This document shows, in pieces, positions 24,801-37,363 of a stretch of DNA of 64,000 nucleotides (position 1 is its first letter; each line of letters opens with the position of its first letter). The notes beneath the pieces are model-generated. The model saw only the letters and a list, made by a program, of their open reading frames with translations, was not told the DNA's origin and made no database searches. The stretch is from contig JAUCBJ010008330.1 of the NCBI GenBank assembly GCA_032718475.1, forward strand, positions 1-64,000, given 5' to 3'. The DNA is from Nemertoderma westbladi (Eukaryota > Animalia > Xenacoelomorpha). Position numbers and translations under genes: made by a program.

Positions 24801-26998
24801 CAAAACTGTAAAAGCCTTAGGGTTTTAAGCGCAACCAAGTTTTTTTTATTGTTAACTAGTATTAACTAATATTAAATAGCGGAAAAATTTTTTTTTCTGA
24901 CCTGTCATGTAGAATAGCATCTTAGGCACCTATATGCTAAATTTTAGCCAAAACCAAACAATTTTGAAACGCTGAGAGTGATAAATCGAAGAGTTGTCCG
25001 AAAATGGTGTACCCCCCCCTTAAGTGGATCGTCCCATGAGTGGTTTTCAAGCCACATTTGTTGTACTAAACTCCGAGCAATCAATATAACTGGGCTAATA
25101 AATCCCAATGGGTCGAAATAAGTGCTCAGGATACTTAAACAAATACGTTTGGTCCGAACTGGATTATCTCGCTGTTTTAGCAGAAAAAACAGGATATCTC
25201 TTTCGGTGTCCCACTTCAAGCCAAGCGTCTTGGTTTCTGGAAGATCGTCCTTTATTAAGTCTAGATCTTTCGTTCCTCGGTCTTCTACCGGTATCGCTTC
25301 CAGAAACTCACGGGAGTTGCTGGTGAATTTCGTCAGTCGAAATCCGCCTCTTTTCAAACACTCTACCGTTCTTTTCGCGACATCAATGGCTTCTTCTACT
25401 GATGGAAGGGACCTTAAATTGTCGTCCATGTATATATTACGCTTGATGTTGTCTATCACCTCTTTTGAGAAGGCGTCTCGGTTGTCATTCGCAGTGGTCC
25501 GCACCACGGAGCAGGCGTTGGAAGGGCTTGATATGATCCCAAAAGCCTGGATGGTCATCCAGTACTCTACCGGTTTCTGGTTGAGATCTCCTTCAGGCCA
25601 CCACAGAAATCTCAGGCTGTCTCTATCTCTATCCAGCGCCTTGACTTGTAAGAACATTCCTTCTATATCGGAGGCGAACGCGATGGAATATTGTCTTAAT
25701 CTTAAAAGTATTCCCAACAAAGATTGGAGTAAGTTGGGTCCTGGTAACAACTCGGAATTGAGGGATTGGCCCATATATAGAGTGGAGCCATCGAATACGA
25801 CTCGTACTTCATGGGGTTTACCAGGGTTGGGAACGTAATGATGTGTTAAGTAATACGTTCTCTCAGTCACTGGTGTTCCTTCCGGTACTCGCTCCGTGTA
25901 TCCCTTTGTAATAAATTTCTTCAACTGAGTTTGGTACATTTCTTTAGCTGAAGCATTAGCCGTATGGCGTCGATGTAATTGAGCGATTCTTTTCTCTGCC
26001 AAGGGTCTGTTATTTATAAATCTAGGTTCTCGTTTTCGAAATGGTAGGCCGATTTCATATCTACCTTGGTCCTTTAAAATACGTGTAGTTGTTTCCTGGA
26101 TTTGCTTGGCTCTTTCTTCTTCTATCGATAGGGCCTTATCATATGAATTGGGCTCTACCAATTCTTGAGTAAAGAATCGTACGGCGAGTTCGTCCCGAGT
26201 TCTAGCGTTGTAGCGCTCTATCTCATCATTGAGTTCGTCATTGTAATCAATGGGTCCCGATGGGCGAATCAGTTGACATAGGTTCACCTGGTTTTTCCAA
26301 GTTTTGTTTTCTGTAAGTAGGTCGATTGTGTTTTCTTCATCGAAGAGTTGGTAGATGTCGTCATTATCTGAGGAGTATGGTGTTCCCTCAGTTAGTTCGT
26401 CCACCTCACTGCTCTCCACTTCCCAATCATGTACTTGGTATATTCGTTCTTGTGGCATTCTCTCTTCGAGAGTTCTGTGGGAAGGGCCAGTAAAGTACCA
26501 ACCTACTCTAGTTCTTACCGCATAGGTTTGCAGTGGCTGTGGTTGAGCAGGCCGTTTCTCCAATGTCTCGAGCGCCTCATGCGCGTTTTGGCCGATGAGT
26601 ATTTGCACTCCAGGATAATCTGTCTGGAATCGAGGTATCTTAAGCTGTTGGATGCTCTCATCCTCGTCCCAATTATAAAGTTCTGCTTGAGTAGTAGCGA
26701 AGTTCTTTATAGCCACCATTTTTACCGACCTTATACCTTGTGCTCCTAATTTATCCTGGGGGGTGGACAACACACCTACATAGTAATCTGCCGTTAGGGT
26801 AGATTTCCAAACCTGCATAATTCCTGACATATTCAATTTAGTCCGGAATTTGGGTTGTCCAGCAAAGATATCTTCGGCTAGTTCTTGATCGATGAATGTT
26901 CCTGTGCTGCCGGAGTCAAGGAGGGCGTTCACTATGTAACTTTTGTTAGCACTACAGGAAATTCTCTGATTCCTACGTTGGAAGTTGGAGCTTTCCAA
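21833..26998 (-). pseudogene. pol: pol of copy B (protease, RT, RNase H, integrase), split by a MITE and a frameshift
   Basis: LLDSGS, IYMDD, LHVFGDAS, HSKLYHAG..CIPC, GVDLFGP, SDKGTNF, WGGSWERL. Confidence 0.96.
24309..25019. mobile_element. Non-autonomous Kolobok-like DNA transposon (711 bp) in pol of B
   Basis: 19-bp perfect TIR GGGGGGGGTACACCATTTT; TTAA duplicated (24305-24308, 25020-25023); empty site CCCTTAAGTGG in copy C at ~47962. Purine termini favour Kolobok over piggyBac. Confidence 0.85.
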
Positions 26999-29900
26999 GA
27001 TGGTTGTCTGGCAAAAGTAGTTGGGGGGAACTCATTGTCGGTGTCCTTTTCATTAGTAAGTGCTCGATACACCGCGGTATTGATTAGGTAACAGGATTCG
27101 TTGGCGTCGGAGAATTCGTCAGTATAGAATCCTTCCATCTCAGACTCTTGATCAGTGTCATTTACATCACTGAATTGGACATGTAGTTCGGGCTCACTTA
27201 CCTGACTCAGGTTGTCTCGTTCGAACTCACTGTGTAACAGGATGTGATGTTTCGCGCCACACTTTGCACACTTTACGTCGGAGTAACAGGTTCGCCATTG
27301 GTGTCCTGATCTGAGGCAATTATAGCATAACTGCTTATCCCACATGACTTTACGTCTGTCTACCAGGGATTTCTTTAGGAATTCAGCACATGCACTCAAA
27401 CGGTGGGTCCCGTCGCACAGAGCACAGTTTGGTTTGATGTTACTCACTTTACCTTGGGTAACTTGATGCACTCTCGTTCTTTCTTCGGGCTTTCTTCCGT
27501 GCATTCTGTTAGGAGACTGAGGAGGAGTCTTGGCAACCTGTTCTCTCCTATCTTTGGTTCGAGCCTTGTATTTACTTACGTCCTTTGAGGTTTTGTTAAC
27601 GTAGTAAAATCGGTCAGTGTCTTTCCCGCTGTCCTCTTCTTGAGAAGCTTGGCTTTCGCCGTCGTCAGTGTAACACACTGGTGTTACTCTTCTCCTAGAA
27701 ACGGATTTCTCACTTACCTTATTTTCCGATGTTTTCTCTCTGGACTGCTTGATGAGTTGTAGTTTTACTTCACCATCTAAGAAGGCCATGAGATCAGCCA
27801 TGGTAGGGCTTCGTCGTTGCTGCTCATTCATATACAACACTTTCTTGTCCCAGCGTGTACATACTCCACCATTTGGTAAAGTAGAGACTACTGCTCCAAT
27901 AACCATGGAACTCTGATATTCATGAGACTTACCTAACCAGTCCAATTGTCTACAGATCTCCTGAATCTCATCGGAAAACTCTATAATCCCGCTACTAAGG
28001 AAGTTTCGGGGGGCTACTAATTTTGCATACAAATACTTAGCTATGTTATCCTTGTTACCATACCTGATGTTTAATGTATCCCAAACTTGTCTTAATCCAT
28101 CTGGATGTCCAATAAACTTTAACGCCATTAACTTGGGAGGTCCTTCCAAGCACTTGATGAGGAATCTAAGTTTCTCTCCGTTAGATAGTACAGAGTTCTG
28201 TATGCTATCTTTGTAATATTCATTGAAAGGTAACCATTTCATCTCATCTCCATTGAATTTGACGATCTCTCCCACTTTGACCGCTTGGCGGGCTTCTGTT
28301 CTAGCCATCTGACGCGTAAAGCTTTCTTGGGCCATCGTGTTATTTAATATCGAATTATCGGTATATAAATTTCTCGGATTATTATCAAGTCTATAGGGAA
28401 TATCATTAACAACAGGTTTATAATCACCCTTAATAGGGTTTGGTAAAGGAGTTTCTACTTCACTAGCAGTATAGATGCGTGTAGGCTCCACACCTTGCGC
28501 ATGTAATACTTCAGACCTAACAGGTTGACACAATGTTACAGGGGGTATTGGTATACCCTTTTGTATATTGACTAATTTGTCGCGTTCCAGCGCGATACTT
28601 TGCTGCACTTCTTGCAATTCTACCCTACTTTCCCTTACTGTTCCCTTGAGTTGGTGGACAGTCCCTTCTAAATCTCGGATCTGCTGTGAGGAACATTCTC
28701 GGTGCTCTCTCAGCTGCCCGAGCAAGAGACTCATCTCCCGCCTTCCCTCATCAACCCACTCAACCGCCGAAGCGGGAGTCGCCAACATAGTAGCGGGCCG
28801 ACGTGGGACGACGGGAGACAAATCTTGGATTTCTCTCTCGGCGTCAAGAACCGGGACATTCTCTGGGACTGCTCCACCGGGTGCAAACAGTTTCGTACTG
28901 TGTAAAGGAAATTTGGTTGTAGGTTCGGGAAGTACAGGGGCCTCTCTCACCGAAGGGGTGTTTTCGATAACAGGCTTAACTATTTCAGGCTCATCTACTA
29001 TTGTAGGGAGTCTTTTGACCTTAATAATTTGGTCTGTGGGTTCTGTACTACCTAAGTCTGTGTTAGCTAGTTGTCTTCTAACAGCTGGGGGCAAATCAGG
29101 CAATTTGTGACGATGAGATGTTTTTCTACGCCTGCTTAGACGAGATCTATTTCCTCCGCCTTCAGGATCGGTGGTCTCGCCTTCCTCCGATGATGTGTAT
29201 CCTTGGCGCTTGGGAGTAGATCGACTCATCATCTGCATTTGACTAGCAGTTAACTGTTTATTTATGCAGTCTTGCGTCTCTTGAAGATTTTCCAACTCCA
29301 GTTGGGTGGTCTCTTCCGACGCTCTCTGTTCTGCTTCTGCCAATGCCATTGCCTCTTGCCTCATTGCCTCTTCGCTTTCCACTTGAGAGAAAGTGGCATT
29401 GGTTGATTCTTCATAGATTGGTCGCTCTGCCAGCTGGTATTTCCACTGGGCCGTTTCTTGTACTTTGAGACCTACCCGCTGGAACCAAGTCTTGACAGCA
29501 ACTTGCAGCGACGTGTCCTGTCTTCTTTTGGAAGTTTCCTCAAAGGCTGATAGGATTAGTCTAATGAGTAGGGTTCTTTCGCATACTTGATATAGCAGCT
29601 CTTCCTGCTCTTGAGGTCCTTGGGGTTGTCGAATCAGTTGTTCTTCTAATCGCTCTAAGGAGCCGAAGAATCCCTGCACATATCCTGCTGCCGACCTCTT
29701 CCAAACAGCTGGATCCATCATATCTTTAGCCACTCCCATCCTGTGTATGTCTTCCCAAGTAGCTTCGGACAAATCTAACGGGAGTCCGGGTCCGGGAAAG
29801 TTCCATTGTGACTCGACAATAGACCTCAATTCTTCCCTGGCGTATCCCGCATAACTATCTTGGGTCGCTCGCTTACTTCTCGCCCAATCGGCTTGGTGTT

Positions 29901-30297
29901 CCTCCACCGCAATCAATATCGTAGTTAATACTGCGGCAGGAAGAGTGAGAAGGGGATCCGAATAGGCTGTATCCGCCATCTTCACTCCGCGTTCGGGGGT
30001 CAGCTCTACAGTATCCGAACTACTGGAGCTATTGGGTTGCTGGGAACGAGTTTCTTGACGAGGATGTTGCTGCTGTTGGACAGCTGCTTCTTGGTTCCAT
30101 TTGACCTGGGCCCGAGTGCCGATGATAGACCTATGGTGTTGGATTAGCCTAGGGTCTGATACTACTACTGGAGGGATGACCTTTCTTTCAGTAGGAGGTG
30201 AGCTGAACCCCTTTCTTAATCGCTCCACACTCCTATCTGTGTCACAGATGGTTGTATCGATTAGACTGTCTGACAGGTTTTGCTTAGTGTCAGACAT
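26932..30297 (-). CDS. gag: Gag of copy B (1121 aa), uncoupled from pol by a small deletion
   Basis: KFNGDEMKWLPF...EKLRFL core; knuckles CALCDGTHRLSAC, CYNCLRSGHQWRTC, CAKCGAKHHILLH typical of BEL/Pao; copy C reads through into protease. Confidence 0.93.
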   Translation of the reverse strand: MSDTKQNLSDSLIDTTICDTDRSVERLRKGFSSPPTERKVIPPVVVSDPRLIQHHRSIIGTRAQVKWNQEAAVQQQQHPRQETRSQQPNSSSSSDTVELTPERGVKMADTAYSDPLLTLPAAVLTTILIAVEEHQADWARSKRATQDSYAGYAREELRSIVESQWNFPGPGLPLDLSEATWEDIHRMGVAKDMMDPAVWKRSAAGYVQGFFGSLERLEEQLIRQPQGPQEQEELLYQVCERTLLIRLILSAFEETSKRRQDTSLQVAVKTWFQRVGLKVQETAQWKYQLAERPIYEESTNATFSQVESEEAMRQEAMALAEAEQRASEETTQLELENLQETQDCINKQLTASQMQMMSRSTPKRQGYTSSEEGETTDPEGGGNRSRLSRRRKTSHRHKLPDLPPAVRRQLANTDLGSTEPTDQIIKVKRLPTIVDEPEIVKPVIENTPSVREAPVLPEPTTKFPLHSTKLFAPGGAVPENVPVLDAEREIQDLSPVVPRRPATMLATPASAVEWVDEGRREMSLLLGQLREHRECSSQQIRDLEGTVHQLKGTVRESRVELQEVQQSIALERDKLVNIQKGIPIPPVTLCQPVRSEVLHAQGVEPTRIYTASEVETPLPNPIKGDYKPVVNDIPYRLDNNPRNLYTDNSILNNTMAQESFTRQMARTEARQAVKVGEIVKFNGDEMKWLPFNEYYKDSIQNSVLSNGEKLRFLIKCLEGPPKLMALKFIGHPDGLRQVWDTLNIRYGNKDNIAKYLYAKLVAPRNFLSSGIIEFSDEIQEICRQLDWLGKSHEYQSSMVIGAVVSTLPNGGVCTRWDKKVLYMNEQQRRSPTMADLMAFLDGEVKLQLIKQSREKTSENKVSEKSVSRRRVTPVCYTDDGESQASQEEDSGKDTDRFYYVNKTSKDVSKYKARTKDRREQVAKTPPQSPNRMHGRKPEERTRVHQVTQGKVSNIKPNCALCDGTHRLSACAEFLKKSLVDRRKVMWDKQLCYNCLRSGHQWRTCYSDVKCAKCGAKHHILLHSEFERDNLSQVSEPELHVQFSDVNDTDQESEMEGFYTDEFSDANESCYLINTAVYRALTNEKDTDNEFPPTTFARQPSWKAPTSNVGIREFPVVLTKVT

Positions 30298-32520
30298 ACT
30301 TAGCTATACAGTTGAATGCTTACTGCTATAGTTACAGTTAAAGCAAGTCTAGTAATTCAGTATTGACCGTAATTTATTACAGTATATTAGAATACCGGTA
30401 TACACTTATAGTATATATAAGTATGGTAGACTAGGTTTGTCGCAGAATACCGGTATATAAATTTTAGCACAAATATATATACATATAATAGGCCTATCGT
30501 GAATACCGGTATGCAGTTTACACTTATAGTATATATAAGTATAATTATGAACTAGAATTAATTACAGAATACCGGTATGTTTTCAGCCCAAATTTATAGA
30601 AATAAATATAATAAGCCTATGGTAAATACCGGTATGTCATTTATTTTAGAATAATTGAATTTCTGAAGTTTTAGGGTTACTTGGTTACTTTAACTTACTT
30701 TATTACCGTTATTTAAGCAGTAGCCCAACTGATATTGAGACCTAATTGTTGTATGGCAGGCCTACTATTTATAAATCGTTTGAGTTGATTTATAATATAT
30801 ATATACCCGTTTAAAATGGGTTTTGTCAATATTTGAAATAAATGTTATTATTTCTGGGGGGAGTCACTATACAGAAGCTGTGCGCTCTCAGTGAAGTGCT
30901 ACTTATTGGACACTAAAACAGATAATTCTAATTTACCTAAGTTACTTAATACTACAAATTACTTACGATACGGGTGAGATTAATTCTCTAATTAAACACA
31001 ACAAAAATATTACGTACGAAATTTTAGGGTAATTTTACAGGGAAACTACAAACCAGTCTAACAAAGGGTTAGAACTTCTGGTTATTACAACAGACAGGGT
31101 ACTACGGTATTTGAAAATAATAAGTAGTAGTAAATATATTGTGCTGTCCAGATAGGAAAATACCACCGTCTGACGACCTATAGCCGTATCGCTATAGGTA
31201 CTACATTATGTATCATGGAGTGTTCCTACCTGGAAGTTAATTACCGCGGACTACCAGATCCAACATGCCTATTAACCACTTTACAACACAATACACTGCC
31301 CGCACACTAATTACTTTCGGAAAGCACTGTACACCAAACCCTAAATTAGGTACAAGTACTTATTAAAAACAGATAACCAGCAGATAAATATACTTGAACA
31401 GTTAAAAGAACCACGGCATCTGCTGGAGTGACTGGAGCACAAAGTCACCAGTCTTTACCTACGCCAAGCAGCCCGTGTAGTACCGGGGTTAATTTAACTA
31501 TAACGGTATGTGTAACAAGCACAATTACTGTAGGAATAAACTTGGGGACATGAATGTTGCGAATAATCGCATAAACTCTGAATAATAAATATTACGCTAC
31601 CCGTACAGAATACTCAAACAAAATACAAACCAAACGCTGGCAGACTACTACCAAGCCTAAATAAACTACAGTATGTGCAGATTCCGAAATGGTTAGTTAG
31701 TATGCGTTCTAACACGGTAGTACGACTTATTCTTTAGGAGGGGATTGACCTTACAGCTCTGGCTGCCCCAACTTACTAACTGGCACTTTATCAGACAAAC
31801 TCTACACACGCAGCAATCTCTTCAGACCTAATAATAGCTAGACAACAATCCAGCCTACAAAATATCTGAGTAATAACTATTACGGTACCTGAACAGACCA
31901 CACAAACAAACACAGACTAAAACGCTGGCAGACTACTATCAAGCCTAAATAAACTACAGTATGTGCAGATTCCAAAATGGTTAGTTAGTATGCGTTCTAA
32001 CACGGTAGTACGACTTATTCTTTAAGAGGGGATTGACCTTACAGCTCTGGCTGCCCCAACTTACTAACTGGCACTTTATCGGACAAACTCCACACACGCC
32101 GCAATCTCTCCAGACCCAACAACAGTCAGACAACAGTCCAGCCTACAATTATCTGAACAATCTGAGCAGACTTACACGTCTTCAGCTCAATATTAACTTA
32201 CATGTAAATAAAACCGACAGAAATAAGTAAAATCTCAATAAAAAACCAGGGCTGCAGTCCCTGATTAAATACTAAGACCTACCGGTATACAATAATCAAA
32301 ATCGAATAATACTAATGTACTTATACTGGAAGTACCGGTTAGGACAGTTGGGCCTACAGACCTACAGCAGTACCGGTTCAGACAGTTAGGCCTACGGACC
32401 TACAGCAGTACCGGTTCTGGCAGTTGGGCCTACGGACCTACAGCAGTACCGGTTCAGGTTTACCGGTCGACCGGTACTTTCAACTTTATTGCTTACTGCA
32501 ATAAAGATAATAACTGTTAT

Positions 32521-33726
32521 TGTACGCGCTTTTGAAGACCTTTAGCAGTTTAACCTGCCAAAATTTATATGTCTTTTGGTTTATAAATAGACTTTAACAT
32601 ATGACAAGTATTTAATACCAATAAACACAACATTAGCCGATGCCAGCCTAGTGCGCGTCCATTCACCCGCTGGATATACGCAGGAGACTGGATTCGGAGG
32701 GCTTAGATTGTTATTGCAGTGTAAGCTTACTGTATTATTCGATTGATCGTTAATAAATAATTTCTGACCAATATTATTCACTTTCGGGAAATATTAACAG
32801 TTCCTTTAGGACGTGGCGCTCTATCTAGGTAAACAGAGATATGACTTATACTAAACACAACGGTAAGTCGGTAAGGCTTATGATTCACGTATGAGGCGCA
32901 TTCTTTAGGAAATGCTTAGTTATCAGTCAAAATCATGCACACTACCGGTAACGCACAATACTGCACACTAATCTGCCGACCGTCAATGAATTTTATCATA
33001 CATAAAGAGAACAGCAATTGACTCATGTAGTGCTTATCAAATAGCATTAAATTCACTACAAACCACGATAATATAAGTCGCAATCGCTATATGTAACCTG
33101 TCTCTCTAACCTGTAGTGTATCAAGAAATTGGGAAATTTGGGTTATTTATCGATGTTCTCCAAATAATAATATTCAACCAACTGATACAAATAATAACAA
33201 CAGTAAAAAGCATTAAGACGGTAGGTTAAGATTATAACAATATAAGATTGTACCGCTGCGCTACTGCGCTGATAAAACTGATAAGACTGATAACAGTTAT
33301 ACGCTCTATAATCTAAGCCTACTAATGTTTCTTCTAAAGTCTGAAACGAATTGACTCTAGAGCCAGTGTTCTTGGCCTAGATAGAAACAACAAAACTATA
33401 ACACAGAAAACTATAAGACTGAACACTCCTAGCACGATCTGTAGAATATCTCCACATCGACAGTAAAAATCGCCCTGATTGGCTGTTAAGCTAAACAAAG
33501 AACCATGTGTCCAACGGCCGTTTCCATGCCAGCAACCAGCTGTTAGATGTCGTAATCTGAATCATCAAGGCTACACTGTGCTAGAGGATTTGACGCATAG
33601 CGGGTTTTGTGCCTTGCCATGTCCGCCAAAGCACACATATAGAAGAATGACTTTTATGTCCGTTAAAACACCTACAACGGTACTTTGCGGGCAAGGGGAC
33701 TGATTATATCCGCAAAAGCTTTTACA
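32521..33726 (-). repeat. 5' LTR of copy B
   Basis: TG..CA ends; direct repeat of 17337-18542; followed by the TSD. Confidence 0.97.
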
Positions 33727-36700
33727 TTCTGAGTGCCAGAATAGGCTCCATGGTCAGGTTACAGTGGCTCAATATTCTAAACAAAACAATAATCAAAAGT
33801 CAATAGAAAATAGAACAGGGTTATTAAGTTTTATTTTTGGAAGTAATCAGCTGTTATTTGCGTCTATTTTCCCCTGGAGAGGGATGAATATTATTTGCAT
33901 CCAAAGCCTCTCCTATCTGTTGTTAAAATAATAAATTCCACTACAATTTAATTTGTTCAAGATAATAAATTTAACTTAACACTATTTATAGCTTTTCTTT
34001 TCGAGGATAATATACATTTTAGTCAGGTCGCTTAGCAAGTTAATGTGGACGTTCTGGACAAACTTCCCATAATTGGCACAGGAGTAGATAATTACCATAC
34101 CTTTAATTTTTTGTGGGGAACCAACTTTGCAACATTATTTATCGGTCCCATATTACCATGACAACAGGAGGTCATTTACAAAAGTCCACTTTCCAGTAAA
34201 CCTTTTCAGTCTTCTAACCTTGACCTACCCCCCACATATCAGCATCAGAGATTCCATTGACATCATTTGAAACAGAGTGGAAGGGTTTACTATGGAAGAT
34301 CACCCATGGTGGTGAACAGGCATTCCTTGGCTAACGAGCCTAAAAGATTCTCCTATTCTATTGACATCATTTGTAAAACCCGGTTGCCATGGCAACTGTT
34401 TCAAAAACGTGTTTCAAACGCCGATTTTCAGTAAATATCCGAAAAATATAAAACCACTGATTAATAATTGTTCCTCATTTGGAAAAATAATCTAACATTA
34501 TAAACTTATTATCCCTGAGACCCTCCTGATTTCTAGTAGTGGACCAATTTAAATGGACCTGTGGTAGTCCTGTTACCATGGTGACAAGTCACTAAATATA
34601 TTCTGCCAAATTTAATATAGTTCTTTTTTAAACTTAATTTTTTTAAATTTAATAAACTCCTAATGCTGCTTTACTCAATGTTAAATAATTTAGTGTTCTC
34701 GAATATTTATTACGTAACTAGAGAGCCGCTTAACAACATAAACCAATATTGGATATTGAGTTCCGTTTAGGAGCACGCCGTGCAGACACAAAATTTCGAT
34801 AACTTTTCAGTGTGTGAATGGATTTTGCTCAAATTACGTGCAAACCTATTTTACGTCAATGTTCTTTCAACACATGTAATAAAATTCAAGAAATTCCACC
34901 AAAAATGTTTTAATTTACTTTTTTTTCGCCTTAAAAAAAAGTAAAATCAATGCAATCCTATGGGTTACAATATTTCCCTAGGGAAAAAAGTGAAACATTT
35001 TCTCCCGATTTTGGGGTACCCCCTATATACGAGCGAAAAACCATTTAAGAATAAAAATATTTTTTTATTATTTTTAATATGAATGAATGAATGAATGCAA
35101 CACTGCAATAAACAAGTCCTATTATTATAGCATTTTTTGCTTATCAAACACGTTCAATTTAAAAAAAAATGGTTTAAGTGGTATCAATATCTAAAATATT
35201 GATTCTAATAGTGTACCCTATGCGGTGGAGTTTATGTGCAAGAACCTGTAGATGCCAATTATTGCTTTCTTATAAAAGTGCGAAGGATTTATTGCAACAA
35301 AAACAAGTTAAAGATATTAAAATTGATACTTTTAAAATTTAAATTTTTTTATTTTGCAGGTGGAAATCCCGGCTCTGAAGAAGAACGAACTCAATTTCCG
35401 CAACTGATATATTACGTTACCATGGTAACATGTTACATGTAGGAAACGTTGTGGGTCCTTCGCGCAGCACGAGAGCCTATATAAGAAAGTGCACTAATCA
35501 CTATTTGAGATACGAAAACCGTCATTCCCAAAATATCAATAAGTGATGCTTTCAGTTTGCGTTTAACTTTCTGTAAAAAAACAGAAGTCCATTTCAGTTT
35601 GCCCTTACACGCTTTAACTGTCATTATGTAAACCTAATAACTAGGGTTATTCAAGTTAAGAATTACAATTTTAGTTTTACCATACTCGTATCCTTCATTA
35701 GCCTCGTTGCACTCGTCCTGTTTTGTCTGCAATTCTTCCTTAAACCCAGACTGACGACCTTTACAACTATTCAAAGTTTCAAAACTGTGCGAGAAAATTG
35801 CTGATTTATGGCAGAAGAATACTCGCCTCGCATCCACTGTAAAATTCATTACGTTCGTCCTGTACAACCTGATCACCTTACAACATTCCATTATTACTAT
35901 TGGATAACATGACATATTGTCCAATATGCTAAACCAGGTTGTTTAGGAGTATATAGTCAAAACAATACTCGTCTCCTTCATTAGCCTCGTGTTGTGCTCG
36001 TCGTGAAGACCCCACGCAAATTCAATTTCCAAAATTTGTAAACTTTTACCAAACAACATTTCTACCAAGTTTGGTGAGATTTCATGAAGGATTAGCTGAG
36101 TTATTAACGTTTAAAAACTCGGATCAACAGAATGACAGATGTACAGACATACCGATTGAGATATTGGTACCCGTATGCTTAGTTCGCTAACTTTCGTGGC
36201 TCGCCCCACTATATCTATAATACAATTTTTTTATGTTATATGGTTTTGTCGGGTAGAGTCCCAGAAGGCATATCTAATGTAATAAAAATGTTCCTAATCA
36301 TATGTCATATTTATTTCAATTTATTAACATAAGAGTAAACTGTACGCGTCTCACACTTCCCTATATCCCATGGTGTTCAATTCATGAATGTCCACAAACT
36401 GCTGATACAAATCATTGCATCTCACTCATTGACGTTTTATAGAATATGAATTATGGTAGGGATTTTTAGTGGGCTTGTGATGGATGACCTTATTATAATA
36501 TTCATAATATACAACACGCAATATATCAGTAGGGCCTACATTGGGCCTATTGGCCTTCACACAGTTTATATACAATGTATAGAAGTTGGGAACGAGGGAA
36601 GTACCTAATATCTCAATCCTAAATTACTTAATCCAATTGGCATTAATACGACGGATATAGATTTATTGATAAGCCCATTACTATACACTCTTATATTATT

Positions 36701-37277
36701 ATCACGAGGATAAACTTTAACAATTTCAGTTAAACTACTTTAAATATAACAGTAATACTGCGTTAGTTGTTTTTGTTTAACTATTTACAAACTTTTGTAA
36801 AATAAGAAGGAGCGCTTTTCAGCTTTCTGTTCCGGAGGGTGTATTACACGAGCAAAAGCGATTACGTTGGAAAAACCTGGAGTCAGAAATTCTTTGTGCT
36901 TTACAGTTCACCTTATGTAAGAACTCCTACAGCCTTTACCCAACCAAAGATCTAACGGATCCCATAGACTAGACGATTGATTTTATTTTATTCAACGTTT
37001 CGTATATGCTGATTTAGAGGATATTGAAAGATATCCAGGTGGAGAGCGCAAATGGAGCATTTGCGCCGTGCGAGCGCATGGCCGACGGCGTTGGCCATGT
37101 GGTATTGTTCTAGAATATTACAGTATTATTAATCCCATGTAAAGTTAAAAGTTAAAGCCCATATTGCTGATAGAAAATAACAAATGCCTACCTTGATTTT
37201 GTTAAGGTCAGTTTTGTTTATACTTGAAGGCTTACATATATAAGTATACATGGGCATAATATTCCAAATACTTTTGT

Positions 37278-37311
37278 TGCGCCTGTCGATTCGTATGAAT
37301 CGACAGGCGCA
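37278..37311. repeat. Perfect 15-bp stem hairpin
   Basis: TGCGCCTGTCGATTC-GTAT-GAATCGACAGGCGCA. Confidence 0.8.
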
Positions 37312-37363
37312 TAGACCCCCCCAATTTATATTACTTGCGCATGTACATTAGTAGGCCTACAGA

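Larger units (their letters stand above)
17337..33726 (-). mobile_element. Full-length BEL/Pao LTR retrotransposon copy B (16.4 kb)
   Basis: Two 1206-bp TG..CA LTRs; 5-bp TSD TTCTG; gag with three Cys/His knuckles; PR-RT-RH-IN order; PPT GGGAGCGG before the 3' LTR. Confidence 0.98.

Noticed and set aside
25122-25838. Long antisense ORFs over pol/gag (also 28568-29110, 48067-48525)
   Set aside because: Shadow frames of the coding strand; broken at different points in B and C; no motifs.
26932-26998. Programmed gag-pol frameshift in B
   Set aside because: Copy C is in frame here and has extra codons (VQVRVHGPKRSY), so B carries a deletion.
37077-37113. Helitron 3' end (CATGGCC..GGCCATG hairpin then CTAG)
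   Set aside because: Followed by A rather than T and no 5' end identified; too weak to call.
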